From Candidatus Woesearchaeota archaeon (GTDB lineage: Archaea > Nanobdellota > Nanobdellia > Woesearchaeales > DATGWN01): DNA of 28,227 nt. Where the stretch lies: NCBI GenBank assembly GCA_047602725.1, contig JBLKON010000001.1:1-28227 (forward strand), in the 5' to 3' direction. A program made the translations under genes and the position numbers. Of this stretch, positions 1 through 8,589 are shown piece after piece (positions within the stretch are counted from its first letter, which is position 1; the number at the start of each line of letters is the position of its first letter). The notes beneath the pieces were generated by a model, which saw nothing but the letters and a program-made list of their open reading frames with translations, was not told the DNA's origin and made no database searches.

Positions 1-90
1 AGCCTGCATAAATCGACTTGCTTCGTAAAACGCTTTGAGATGTAGTATATAATAATCCTCCTTTCTGGACACACCCGTAAGATAATAACT

Positions 91-98
91 TTTATAAG
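91..98 (+). promoter_or_regulatory. Archaeal TATA box for a probably leaderless sufS transcript
   Basis: TTTATAAG ends 22 nt before the ATG at 121 and no SD lies in between; similar TTTATA boxes precede the ORFs at 3538, 10554 and 23839. Confidence 0.55.
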
Positions 99-120
99 TA
101 TTTCATTCCTTCTTTCATCT

Positions 121-1311
121 ATGTTTTGGAACAAAAAACAAGACGGTTTTTTAGCTCGTCACCCCCATATTGCTTATTTAGATAATGCGTGTATGACTAT
201 TAGACCTAAACAAGTATTAGATGCTATGCAAACATATTACAACGATTATCCTGTGTGTGCAGGCAGATCTCATCATCGTTTTGCATTATTGTTAGACACA
301 CAACTCCAAAAAGCAAGAACAACTATAGCAACTTTTTTAGGAACAACACCTGAACATATTATTTTTGTGAAAAATGCAACAGAAGCAATTAATTTGGTTG
401 CTCATAGTCTGTCTTTCAAACGTCGTGATGTTATTTTAACAAGCGACAAAGAACATAATTCAAACTTAATTCCTTGGTTGCAACTTGTAGAACATAAAAA
501 AGTAATACATGACATTATTCGTACTAAAGCAGATAATACCTTTGACATGACGGCTTTACTAGATAAGTTACAAGAACATGAACACATTAAACTCTTAAGT
601 TTAGTGCATAGTTCTAACATTGATGGAGTAGCATTTCCTATCAAAGAAATTGTTGATATGGTTAAGCAAAAAGAGATACTTGTTATGGTTGATGGTGCTC
701 AAGCTGTTGGGCACATGCCCGTAGATGTACAAGCATTAGGTGTAGATTTTTATGCTATATCAGCACATAAAATGTATGGTCCAAGTGGTATTGGAGCTTT
801 ATATGTCAAAGACCTGAGTTTACTTGATGCGTTCATGGTGGGTGGTGATACCGTACAGGATGCAACATATACTTCTTTTACGTTTAAAGAAGGTGTACAT
901 AAATATGAAGCTGGTTTACAATATTATCCTGGCATATTAGGATTTGCTCAAGCGTGTAAGCATATACAAAATATAGGATTTACAACTATTCAAAAACAAG
1001 AAAAATTATGCACAACAACAGTTATTGAACACTTAGAACCATTAATTCGAGCAAATAAAATTCGCATTATTGGGCCTGCACAAAGTAATATTGTGAATGT
1101 ACATGTATGTGGTATGGATCAACAAGAGGTTGCTCAACTGTTAGATAAAACGTATGATATTATTGTACGCGCTGGTATGCATTGTGTGCATAGTTGGTAT
1201 CATGCGCGAGGCATTAATGGTAGTGTACGTGCATCTTTTTCGTATTATAATACGGTTGAACAAGCTAAACGTTTTGCTCAAGCATTACAAGACATAATAG
1301 CGTTACAATAG
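121..1311 (+). CDS. sufS: Cysteine desulfurase, SufS/CsdA-type (class V PLP aminotransferase)
   Basis: YLDNA N-terminal motif, DGAQ, SAHKM PLP lysine, RAGMHC group II persulfide cysteine motif, RASFSYYN C-terminus. Confidence 0.9.
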   Translation: MFWNKKQDGFLARHPHIAYLDNACMTIRPKQVLDAMQTYYNDYPVCAGRSHHRFALLLDTQLQKARTTIATFLGTTPEHIIFVKNATEAINLVAHSLSFKRRDVILTSDKEHNSNLIPWLQLVEHKKVIHDIIRTKADNTFDMTALLDKLQEHEHIKLLSLVHSSNIDGVAFPIKEIVDMVKQKEILVMVDGAQAVGHMPVDVQALGVDFYAISAHKMYGPSGIGALYVKDLSLLDAFMVGGDTVQDATYTSFTFKEGVHKYEAGLQYYPGILGFAQACKHIQNIGFTTIQKQEKLCTTTVIEHLEPLIRANKIRIIGPAQSNIVNVHVCGMDQQEVAQLLDKTYDIIVRAGMHCVHSWYHARGINGSVRASFSYYNTVEQAKRFAQALQDIIALQ

Positions 1312-1342
1312 TTTTTTAAAGACATATGTATTGTTCACACCT

Positions 1343-2236
1343 ATGGTGCTTTGTTTACTTGCATTACCGGTTTTTGCTGTACTGGGTATATTTTCTGTTA
1401 AATATAGAAATTTAGCTAAACAATCCATTTTGTGTGCGTTTAAAAAAATTGCATTGCGTCCTTGTGATGTTGGTTTAGATACGTACATAAAAAGCTCGAT
1501 TGTTGCACCATTTTTGAAACGTAATAAAAGAGTTGGGAGATTTGTGCATAAGCACTTTACGGTATTAACCTGGATTTTTCTTATCCTTATGATTTGGTCT
1601 ACTATACAAGTTGCTGTAGGTGGATATAATTTTTATATGTACGGACATTGCGATGGACCACAAGGTAGTGGTTTTTGTGTGTTTGATCCAACGGGTAGCA
1701 GTAGTGCAACGAGTACTCCTCAAGTTTGCACGTTACCTATACATAACCAAGAAAAGGTTGGTATGGATGCTCTGAATACGTCTTTATTATTTCATAAACC
1801 TGGCAGTGGAAAAACTGTTATATTTATTGGATGTTACACGTGTAAATATACCATAGAAATGATACAAACATTTCATGCACTTATTGAGCAATATGATAGC
1901 AATGTGTATATTGGACATTTACCTATTCATGAAGGTGGGCAAGATGCTGTCATGTATGATTATTGTATGTATCAACAAAATTTATTTTGGCCATTTCATA
2001 TTGCAGTGTTTAGTGAAGGCAGTCATGATATGCACATGTATGCTTCTGTTGCTCAGCAAGTAGGAGCTGATATGCAAACATTGCAAGGTTGTTTAGAAGA
2101 TGCGCATGTCTTTGTACAAGAACATGTGGGTATGTTTGAAGCTATGGATATTTTTGGTACACCAACAGTTATTATAGATGATACTATACTTGTTGGTCCC
2201 AAACCTCGCCGTGTGTATGAACGTTTAATGAGATAA
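1343..2236 (+). CDS. Membrane-anchored DsbA/thioredoxin-fold protein
   Basis: Two hydrophobic segments in the N-terminal half, CYTC (CxxC) and GTPT cis-Pro motif. ATG at 1343 preferred over the TTG at 1331 in the ORF track. Confidence 0.7.
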   Translation: MVLCLLALPVFAVLGIFSVKYRNLAKQSILCAFKKIALRPCDVGLDTYIKSSIVAPFLKRNKRVGRFVHKHFTVLTWIFLILMIWSTIQVAVGGYNFYMYGHCDGPQGSGFCVFDPTGSSSATSTPQVCTLPIHNQEKVGMDALNTSLLFHKPGSGKTVIFIGCYTCKYTIEMIQTFHALIEQYDSNVYIGHLPIHEGGQDAVMYDYCMYQQNLFWPFHIAVFSEGSHDMHMYASVAQQVGADMQTLQGCLEDAHVFVQEHVGMFEAMDIFGTPTVIIDDTILVGPKPRRVYERLMR

Positions 2237-2237
2237 G

Positions 2238-2828
2238 TTATATTTTATTTTTCAATGCATCAAGTGCATGTATAAGATGTAAAATGTGATACCAATTATA
2301 TGCTCTACACACATGCACATCATGTTGGTTCCAAGGTTTATCTATAACTATTGTTTTTTTTACTACAGGTTCACAATCATAGATATACGCTAAATGATCA
2401 TCAATAAACACATCTATGTTATTGTTTTTACACACCATTTTTTTTGTGGTAACAGGTTGACTATGCATTTGACCTGTATAAAAAATGTAACTAAATACAT
2501 GAGGAAAATGAATATCAAGCCATTGTTTTGTTAAAGGATGCATGTCATGACACCGTGCTGTTATAACTGATAACGTATGATGTCTTCGTAATTGTTCTAA
2601 CACATGTTGTGCTATTTTATTAGGTTTTACTTTCATAATACTGCTACTATGATAAAATGCTAGTAAACGTTTATCTAATTCTTGTTCACTAATATTAAGC
2701 ACTGCGCAAAAATCATACGTTGAAAAGTCAGCATACGTTATTGCTGTGTGATATGTTGCATTATACCAAGGAATAAAAGTGAGTAATGTATGTGAAATCG
2801 TCTCATCCAAATCAATACCGATGTGCAT
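2238..2828 (-). CDS. HAD-superfamily 5'(3')-deoxyribonucleotidase (NT5C-like)
   Basis: IGIDLDETI motif I, ITAR motif II, FIDD motif IV, PWN C-terminal motif. Confidence 0.8.
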   Translation of the reverse strand: MHIGIDLDETISHTLLTFIPWYNATYHTAITYADFSTYDFCAVLNISEQELDKRLLAFYHSSSIMKVKPNKIAQHVLEQLRRHHTLSVITARCHDMHPLTKQWLDIHFPHVFSYIFYTGQMHSQPVTTKKMVCKNNNIDVFIDDHLAYIYDCEPVVKKTIVIDKPWNQHDVHVCRAYNWYHILHLIHALDALKNKI

Positions 2829-2829
2829 A

Positions 2830-3468
2830 TTATATACTCTCGTAAGTTCTTGTTGCTGTATGATATACTAATGATTTATGTGATGTTTGTAAAAATGCAA
2901 CTATATGTTCAGCTACAAATTGAGGTGTATGCATAATGTGTTTTTTTTTGTCAATTGCTTTTTTACTTAATCCTTGATGTGCAACAGGTGTGTCTGTTGG
3001 TCCAGGATATAACATACGTACATCTAATTGTGGATATTCTTTTTCGAGTGCTTTAGCAATATACATCATGGCATGTTTAGTTAATCCATAAAATACAGGA
3101 TTAAAAGTAATATGACGTGCATGACGTGATGCGTTAAAAACAACTGTTCCTTTTTTCATCAAAGGTAACACCATTTGTAGGGTTATCATCGTTCCTTTAA
3201 TGTTTACTTGATACAAGTCATCCATATCTTGCAAACTTGTTGACATAATATCTCCCCTACGCATAATGCCAGCATTAATAATTAACATATCTACTGGTGC
3301 TATGTCAAGGGTATGTAATTGAGTAATATCTAAGGTGAGATGTTGATATGCTGGGTGAGTAAATGAAGATGGTACGCAATCAATTCCAGTAACCGTATGT
3401 TGTTGACATAACAGTTCTACTAACGCTAAACCAATACCGCTACTTGTTCCTGTGATAACTATATGCAT
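2830..3468 (-). CDS. Short-chain dehydrogenase/reductase (SDR)
   Basis: TGTSSGIG nucleotide-binding loop, NAG motif, YGLTK (YxxxK) catalytic motif, PGPTDT. Confidence 0.85.
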   Translation of the reverse strand: MHIVITGTSSGIGLALVELLCQQHTVTGIDCVPSSFTHPAYQHLTLDITQLHTLDIAPVDMLIINAGIMRRGDIMSTSLQDMDDLYQVNIKGTMITLQMVLPLMKKGTVVFNASRHARHITFNPVFYGLTKHAMMYIAKALEKEYPQLDVRMLYPGPTDTPVAHQGLSKKAIDKKKHIMHTPQFVAEHIVAFLQTSHKSLVYHTATRTYESI

Positions 3469-3537
3469 AAGGTATTATGAGCATAAAGCCTTTTTATAGT
3501 TAATTACTTTTATATAGATGTAGTTGTACGTATTTGT

Positions 3538-4617
3538 ATGCATATCCTTTGTATGTGTTCCTTTGGTCTTAATCGAAGTAAGTTTTGTGCTATGCTTTTA
3601 AGCCTGTATGGTTATACAACCCAATATGCTGGTATTAATGCACAAGCTCCTAATCCAGTTTCTTGTGCACATCTCCATAATGCACAACACATTATATGTA
3701 TGAGACCACCTATCTATGAAGCATTTACTCAACAATATACCACTAAAAAACCAGTAACTATACTTGATATTAATGATAACTATAAAAGATATGATACACA
3801 GGCTCAACACATTGCTCAACAAAATATTTGGCATTTTCAATATAGGTATGTATATACACAAATATGGGAACAAGTGCAACAATTTGTATTATCTACTCCT
3901 GTATATCGACAATGGAAACATCCTACGTCACAAGAATTGGCATACATTAAAAGTGTAGAAATAGCAGTAAGTTTTTTGTTATATCATCATAAAGACCTTA
4001 TACGTACTATACTTGTTAAAGGAAGTTTTGTAAGACGCGAGATGAATAAAAAAAGTGACATTGATGTTGTAGTAATACTCAAACACAATAAAGATATTAT
4101 GATGCTTCAACAATGGGTGCAAACTTACAAAGAACTGTTTAATCCTGTTGAATTTTCAATATATTCGCTGTATGAAATACAACGTAATAAAAAAAGCAAA
4201 CAAAGAAATGATAAAAAACTTACCTCACCTCATACAAACGATCAACTACAGCATATTATGCATATATGGGGTAAGCATCTTTATGTTACCACATATCCTA
4301 AACGTTCAGCACAACAAAGATATAGAGGATTACAACATGCGTTTATCAAAGATTTTATTCCACTGTATTACAAAGGTGAATTTACCTTTAGTTCTTTTGT
4401 AAAATGTGTCTTATGGTTAGCTGAGTACGAACAACAAACGCAAGGTAAACAACCTAGTGCAACGTGGCAACAATTAGCTACAACATTACCTAAAAACCAT
4501 ATAGGAAAACTAGCGTATGAGTATAGAATGCATCCTGTTAAAGATGTTGCTATAAAGCATGCTTTTGTGAAAAAAGTAGAAAGCTATCTATCTAGTTCTT
4601 TTGATAAACAAGAGTAG
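3538..4617 (+). CDS. Fusion of LMW protein-tyrosine-phosphatase-like domain and Pol-beta-type nucleotidyltransferase domain
   Basis: N-terminal CSFGLNRS (Cx5RS P-loop) with later LDINDNY; central GSFVRR...SDIDVVV (GS + DxD); helical C-terminal region. Confidence 0.7.
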   Translation: MHILCMCSFGLNRSKFCAMLLSLYGYTTQYAGINAQAPNPVSCAHLHNAQHIICMRPPIYEAFTQQYTTKKPVTILDINDNYKRYDTQAQHIAQQNIWHFQYRYVYTQIWEQVQQFVLSTPVYRQWKHPTSQELAYIKSVEIAVSFLLYHHKDLIRTILVKGSFVRREMNKKSDIDVVVILKHNKDIMMLQQWVQTYKELFNPVEFSIYSLYEIQRNKKSKQRNDKKLTSPHTNDQLQHIMHIWGKHLYVTTYPKRSAQQRYRGLQHAFIKDFIPLYYKGEFTFSSFVKCVLWLAEYEQQTQGKQPSATWQQLATTLPKNHIGKLAYEYRMHPVKDVAIKHAFVKKVESYLSSSFDKQE

Positions 4618-5086
4618 TCATTCTTTTTGCATGGGTATCCATGACATGACCAGCATCAATACCTTTTAAGCAATGTGGAACGTGTGCATATAATAAATCT
4701 TCAACACATTTTTTTCGTTGTTGCGCATTACTCATATAAGCTTGACGTGTAGGAAATATACTTAACAATCCATCAACTGCTTTTTGGGTTAATGCTGGAG
4801 TAATGCGTCCATGTATTGCTTCACATAAAGTATCTAAAGTAGTTTTTTGAATAGAATATAAAAGTTCAGATTTATTATCACCTTGAGTATGATATGTTTT
4901 GGGATAGTTTTCTTCTGTTTTTGCGTTTATAATAATAGGACTATCAGGTAACAATACATCTAATGAAGTTTCAAAAAAAAGTATATTAACTATACCGGGT
5001 AATTTTTTATTATCAGGTACTTTTGGCATATGTGCGACATATAATGCATATATTGCATCAAAAGTATCTTGTTTAACTGTTCTCAT
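4592..5086 (-). CDS. Hypothetical protein
   Basis: 164-aa ORF overlapping the upstream same-strand gene by 14 nt; no recognisable motif. Confidence 0.6.
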   Translation of the reverse strand: MRTVKQDTFDAIYALYVAHMPKVPDNKKLPGIVNILFFETSLDVLLPDSPIIINAKTEENYPKTYHTQGDNKSELLYSIQKTTLDTLCEAIHGRITPALTQKAVDGLLSIFPTRQAYMSNAQQRKKCVEDLLYAHVPHCLKGIDAGHVMDTHAKRMTTLVYQKN

Positions 5087-5594
5087 GTTTTTTTAGTAAA
5101 GCACTTGCTTTTTGTATGGTTGCTATGTCTTGCTCATTAAAGCCCCAATCTTTTGGATTAGGTGTGGCATGTTTCACAATATAATCATACATAGCGCATT
5201 TTGTTTGAATATACAAGGGTAATAGTTCTTGGGGAACAATACCTAACATTTCTTTTTCTGCCTCATAAGTCCTATCTGGATGTTCTATACCATATTCCAT
5301 AAATATCTTATATTCAGCTAAAGCAAAGTAGGGTTGAAGTTTTTGATCTATATCTTGACTCACACCAATGACATAGGGATGCTCCTCTCTTGGATGCCCT
5401 TTTACACACTCATCATCAGGACTTAGCATTGCACGCATAACACCATAAGGTGGAGCTAAATTAAATATTTCTTGCATAAATGCCTGAGGTACAGTATAAT
5501 AATGGATTCCCAATACATCTGAGTCTTGTTTTGTGCCAACTTGTTCAAAAGCATCTGCACAATTGACTAGTTCTTCTAATGTGTTGTATTGCAT
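5073..5594 (-). CDS. Hypothetical protein
   Basis: Start moved to MQYNTLEE (ATG 5594, preceded by AAGGT) so that it follows the 5599 stop instead of overlapping it; no recognisable motif. Confidence 0.6.
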   Translation of the reverse strand: MQYNTLEELVNCADAFEQVGTKQDSDVLGIHYYTVPQAFMQEIFNLAPPYGVMRAMLSPDDECVKGHPREEHPYVIGVSQDIDQKLQPYFALAEYKIFMEYGIEHPDRTYEAEKEMLGIVPQELLPLYIQTKCAMYDYIVKHATPNPKDWGFNEQDIATIQKASALLKKHENS

Positions 5595-5598
5595 GGTA

Positions 5599-6186
5599 TT
5601 ACCTTTTTTGAAAAAAATATAATAATGTTTCAAATTGCATGGGAACTAATCTTGAAAAATCTCTCTGAAGTCTAATTTTATTTCTTTCTTGTATCAAAGT
5701 TCCAATACCGGTAAAATCTTCATCTTCTAATAATTGACTTGCATTGTTATGATAATTATTAGCTAACACATAGCCACTTTGCCTCAAATATTTAGTTAAA
5801 TCACTAGAATTAATACAAGGATTAAGTGCTATTACCAAATCAAATTCAGAAGGGGGAACATAAGTTAGCACATCATGTTCAACAAATTCTCTAATACTGT
5901 GTTTTCTCATAGCTTGAGCAACTTGAGGATCCTTATCCATTAATGTTACTTGCGCATCTAAAAAAGACTCCAATGGACTGATATCTGCATTACAACTAGG
6001 ATAAAAAACGCGACGGGGGTTATATATGGTATCTCTAAAAAAAATATATTGTCTCACTAAATCTGGTGAGCTTGTAGGTACTAGTTCCACTCGATCTATT
6101 TTGATTTTCTTTTCAAAAGATGAAATAGGATTACCATTTTCGTCATGCTGTATCCATTCTTCATATTCTTCTGTCATTGGTATCAC
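5599..6186 (-). CDS. Class I SAM-dependent methyltransferase-like protein
   Basis: VFYPSCNAD (motif I-like), TLMDKD (motif II acidic), HDV, FDLVIALNP (motif IV-like). GTG at 6186 or ATG at 6177. Confidence 0.55.
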   Translation of the reverse strand: MIPMTEEYEEWIQHDENGNPISSFEKKIKIDRVELVPTSSPDLVRQYIFFRDTIYNPRRVFYPSCNADISPLESFLDAQVTLMDKDPQVAQAMRKHSIREFVEHDVLTYVPPSEFDLVIALNPCINSSDLTKYLRQSGYVLANNYHNNASQLLEDEDFTGIGTLIQERNKIRLQRDFSRLVPMQFETLLYFFQKR

Positions 6187-6209
6187 TAATTATTATTACT
6201 ATATAGTAA

Positions 6210-7580
6210 TTACTTATAAGTGTTTCTATTCTTTTTTGCGATATGTATCAACAATTTTTCAACCCCAAACAAAACAAGAATAAACACCCCAACAACTACA
6301 GTAGGGATAACATTATGAAGTAAGCTTGTAAACTGTCCATTTGCAAACATCAAAATGTACACCACAATACCAATGATAAGACTTATTGCTAGCATATAAT
6401 CTTTTGCCTTTGTCATTTTTTTAGTGTATACACCTAAAAATACAATGGGAGAAAGCAAAAACAACAAAGATGTTATATTGATTGCAAAAGTGACAAAGTT
6501 TGTAATGAACATTGCCAATACAGTTGCTACAATAAATAAAAGTATAAGAACTACCTTTATGGATTTTGTATAACGAGTCGTCTGATTATCCTTGTCTATT
6601 CTAAAAATATTAGAAACTAATGTTGATGAAAACATGTATGCTTGTGAATCCAGATTCGACATTATTAATGCTAACATAAGCACTGACAACAATGCTCCAT
6701 ACACTACTGAGACACTTCCATCAAGCAAGCTCATTATTATTGTCTCTGGTCCTATCTCTGGAAAAGTTGAAAACAAGGATATGACCAAAAATATGATCAA
6801 CGTATACATGATAATATATACGACTGGTAGTGCGTATAATGCACGTTTTGCAGTTGTGCCTGACTTAGCCGTAAAAATTCTCTGCCACAAATACGGTAGT
6901 GGATACATCACTAAAAAACCAAACAGAAATGCCCCAAGCGTTGTTTGGAACCCCATAGTATAGAAAGTTGGATACATGTTTCCAATTGATGCAAATGATC
7001 CATAAAGCAATAATCCAACCATCAGTGCTAATGTAAGAATCATCTGAAAGATATCAGTATTAACAACTGTAGCATACCCTCCGATTGTGACATATGCTCC
7101 AACAAATGCTGCAATACAAAGTATAGCAAACCATAAAGGAATTGGAAGCATTGTGCTAAACATAAGACCGCATACATAAATTAGATTAGCTACAAAAGCA
7201 AACATGACTGCTAAGATAATGACGCTAGTCAAGTATGAGATTCTCTTTCCTAATCTATCTTCTATGAAATCATTCAATGTGAGATATTTTGAATTGCGTA
7301 TCCTATTAACTTGAAATGACAGCAATAAAAAAGCACATGCAAATCCAATTGCCAGCCAATATAATCCAAAGTACATACTTGAGGCAAGAACAATAAGTGT
7401 GATGAGTCCGCTTCCATCAATGCTTCCTATAAACTGAGAAGACATCGTACCTAAAAAAGAGACCTTGTTATTACCTGAAATATATTTTTTTTCAGTCTCG
7501 TTTCTTCTAGAATATATCGTTATTGCTATTATGATTATGACATATAATAAAATACTTATTCCTATTGCAATGTTTAACAT
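6210..7580 (-). CDS. Sodium:solute symporter (SSS) family transporter
   Basis: 456 aa, about 12-13 hydrophobic helices; TLNDFIEDRLG, YVTIGGYATVVNTDIFQ, WQRIFTAKS and ALIMSNLDS match SSS conserved segments. Confidence 0.85.
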   Translation of the reverse strand: MLNIAIGISILLYVIIIIAITIYSRRNETEKKYISGNNKVSFLGTMSSQFIGSIDGSGLITLIVLASSMYFGLYWLAIGFACAFLLLSFQVNRIRNSKYLTLNDFIEDRLGKRISYLTSVIILAVMFAFVANLIYVCGLMFSTMLPIPLWFAILCIAAFVGAYVTIGGYATVVNTDIFQMILTLALMVGLLLYGSFASIGNMYPTFYTMGFQTTLGAFLFGFLVMYPLPYLWQRIFTAKSGTTAKRALYALPVVYIIMYTLIIFLVISLFSTFPEIGPETIIMSLLDGSVSVVYGALLSVLMLALIMSNLDSQAYMFSSTLVSNIFRIDKDNQTTRYTKSIKVVLILLFIVATVLAMFITNFVTFAINITSLLFLLSPIVFLGVYTKKMTKAKDYMLAISLIIGIVVYILMFANGQFTSLLHNVIPTVVVGVFILVLFGVEKLLIHIAKKNRNTYK

Positions 7581-7592
7581 TTCATATTTACC

Positions 7593-8465
7593 CTATTCTG
7601 AATTTATAGCTTCTATTTTTCCTAATTTCAAACACTCCATTTCGCTTATGAGATGCGGATTTTCTTCAAAGAATTTCCAGCTTTTTGAAGTGTAGTGCGC
7701 ATCCAACAGTAGCTTTCCGTTGGAGAGTATCCTCATTTCTTTATGAGGAGATGCAACATTAATTGCAAATTTATTATCATAAATGTGCCAATTTTTGGTT
7801 ATTTCTTTACAATCTCTCATGCAATCCCTATAATACTGAACCTGCTCTGATATACCATGCTCCCACGTATCAGCAATTTGTGTATATATGGGAATATTGA
7901 TTTGAGACGACAAACGTAATGCAAAATTTTTCATATCACTCCAATCTATTAATGGTCTCTCATCGTCACTCATCAGCGGATCTAACAGAATTCTATTTAG
8001 TTTTGGGAATTGCAGATGAAGCCTGTTTATATCTGCAAACAAATAATCCATATTCTTTTCAACTGCTATTGAAATAGCATCTACGTACTCTCCTTGAATA
8101 TTTATTGAAGTCCTGCCACCTCTATTGTGATGCAAATCATAAGAGACTCCAATGGTCAATTGATTATTTTCAATAAATGCAATCAATTCTGTGCTTAATT
8201 TATGGCTACCATTGGATTGAATATATCCTTTGATATCACTTCGAGTAGAGAGTACTTCTATGATATTCTTCTGCCCTAAAGGAAGTGTAGGTTCACCTAA
8301 ACCGACAAAAAGCAGAGTGCTATTGAGCGGAATATGCTCTATTAACCTTGGCACCAACTTTGTATCTGGAGCCAACCTTTGTTTATGCAACCGTTCAGCT
8401 ACATTACAGTTTGGACATCTCAGATTACATGTCGGACTTATTTCTACACCTATAGTTACAGTCAT
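7593..8465 (-). CDS. Radical SAM enzyme
   Basis: CNLRCPNC (CxxxCxxC) at residues 13-20, GLGEP (GGEP-like), QSNG, VSYD motifs of the partial TIM barrel. Confidence 0.85.
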   Translation of the reverse strand: MTVTIGVEISPTCNLRCPNCNVAERLHKQRLAPDTKLVPRLIEHIPLNSTLLFVGLGEPTLPLGQKNIIEVLSTRSDIKGYIQSNGSHKLSTELIAFIENNQLTIGVSYDLHHNRGGRTSINIQGEYVDAISIAVEKNMDYLFADINRLHLQFPKLNRILLDPLMSDDERPLIDWSDMKNFALRLSSQINIPIYTQIADTWEHGISEQVQYYRDCMRDCKEITKNWHIYDNKFAINVASPHKEMRILSNGKLLLDAHYTSKSWKFFEENPHLISEMECLKLGKIEAINSE

Positions 8466-8587
8466 ATTCCTATTTGATTATCTCTCAGTACAATTTCATT
8501 GTCATCACTATTTTCAGAGCAGCATAATTCCATTTGCTCTTGTATTAATTTTGGCACTTTGTTATATGCTCCTTTTATTGCTGCCAT
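8462..8587 (-). CDS. Small peptide 2, 41 aa, MAAIKGAYNKVPKLIQEQMELCCSENSDDNEIVLRDNQIGI; putative radical SAM substrate/precursor
   Basis: Hand translation. GAGGTG SD 7 nt upstream, inside the end of peptide 1; its TGA overlaps the radical SAM ATG (ATGA); paralogous to peptide 1. Confidence 0.75.
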   Translation of the reverse strand: MAAIKGAYNKVPKLIQEQMELCCSENSDDNEIVLRDNQIGI

Positions 8588-8589
8588 TT

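Noticed and set aside
1-80. Possible 5' end of a minus-strand gene at the window edge
   Set aside because: Short open frames only, with no clear start or motif; cannot be supported.
402-4402. Short ORFs 402-644, 1303-1488, 1875-2063, 3598-3882, 3764-3958, 4148-4402
   Set aside because: Nested in or antisense to well-supported genes; no motifs.
6026-7695. Plus-strand ORFs 6026-6283, 6592-6963, 7465-7695
   Set aside because: Antisense shadows of the MTase, SSS and radical SAM genes.
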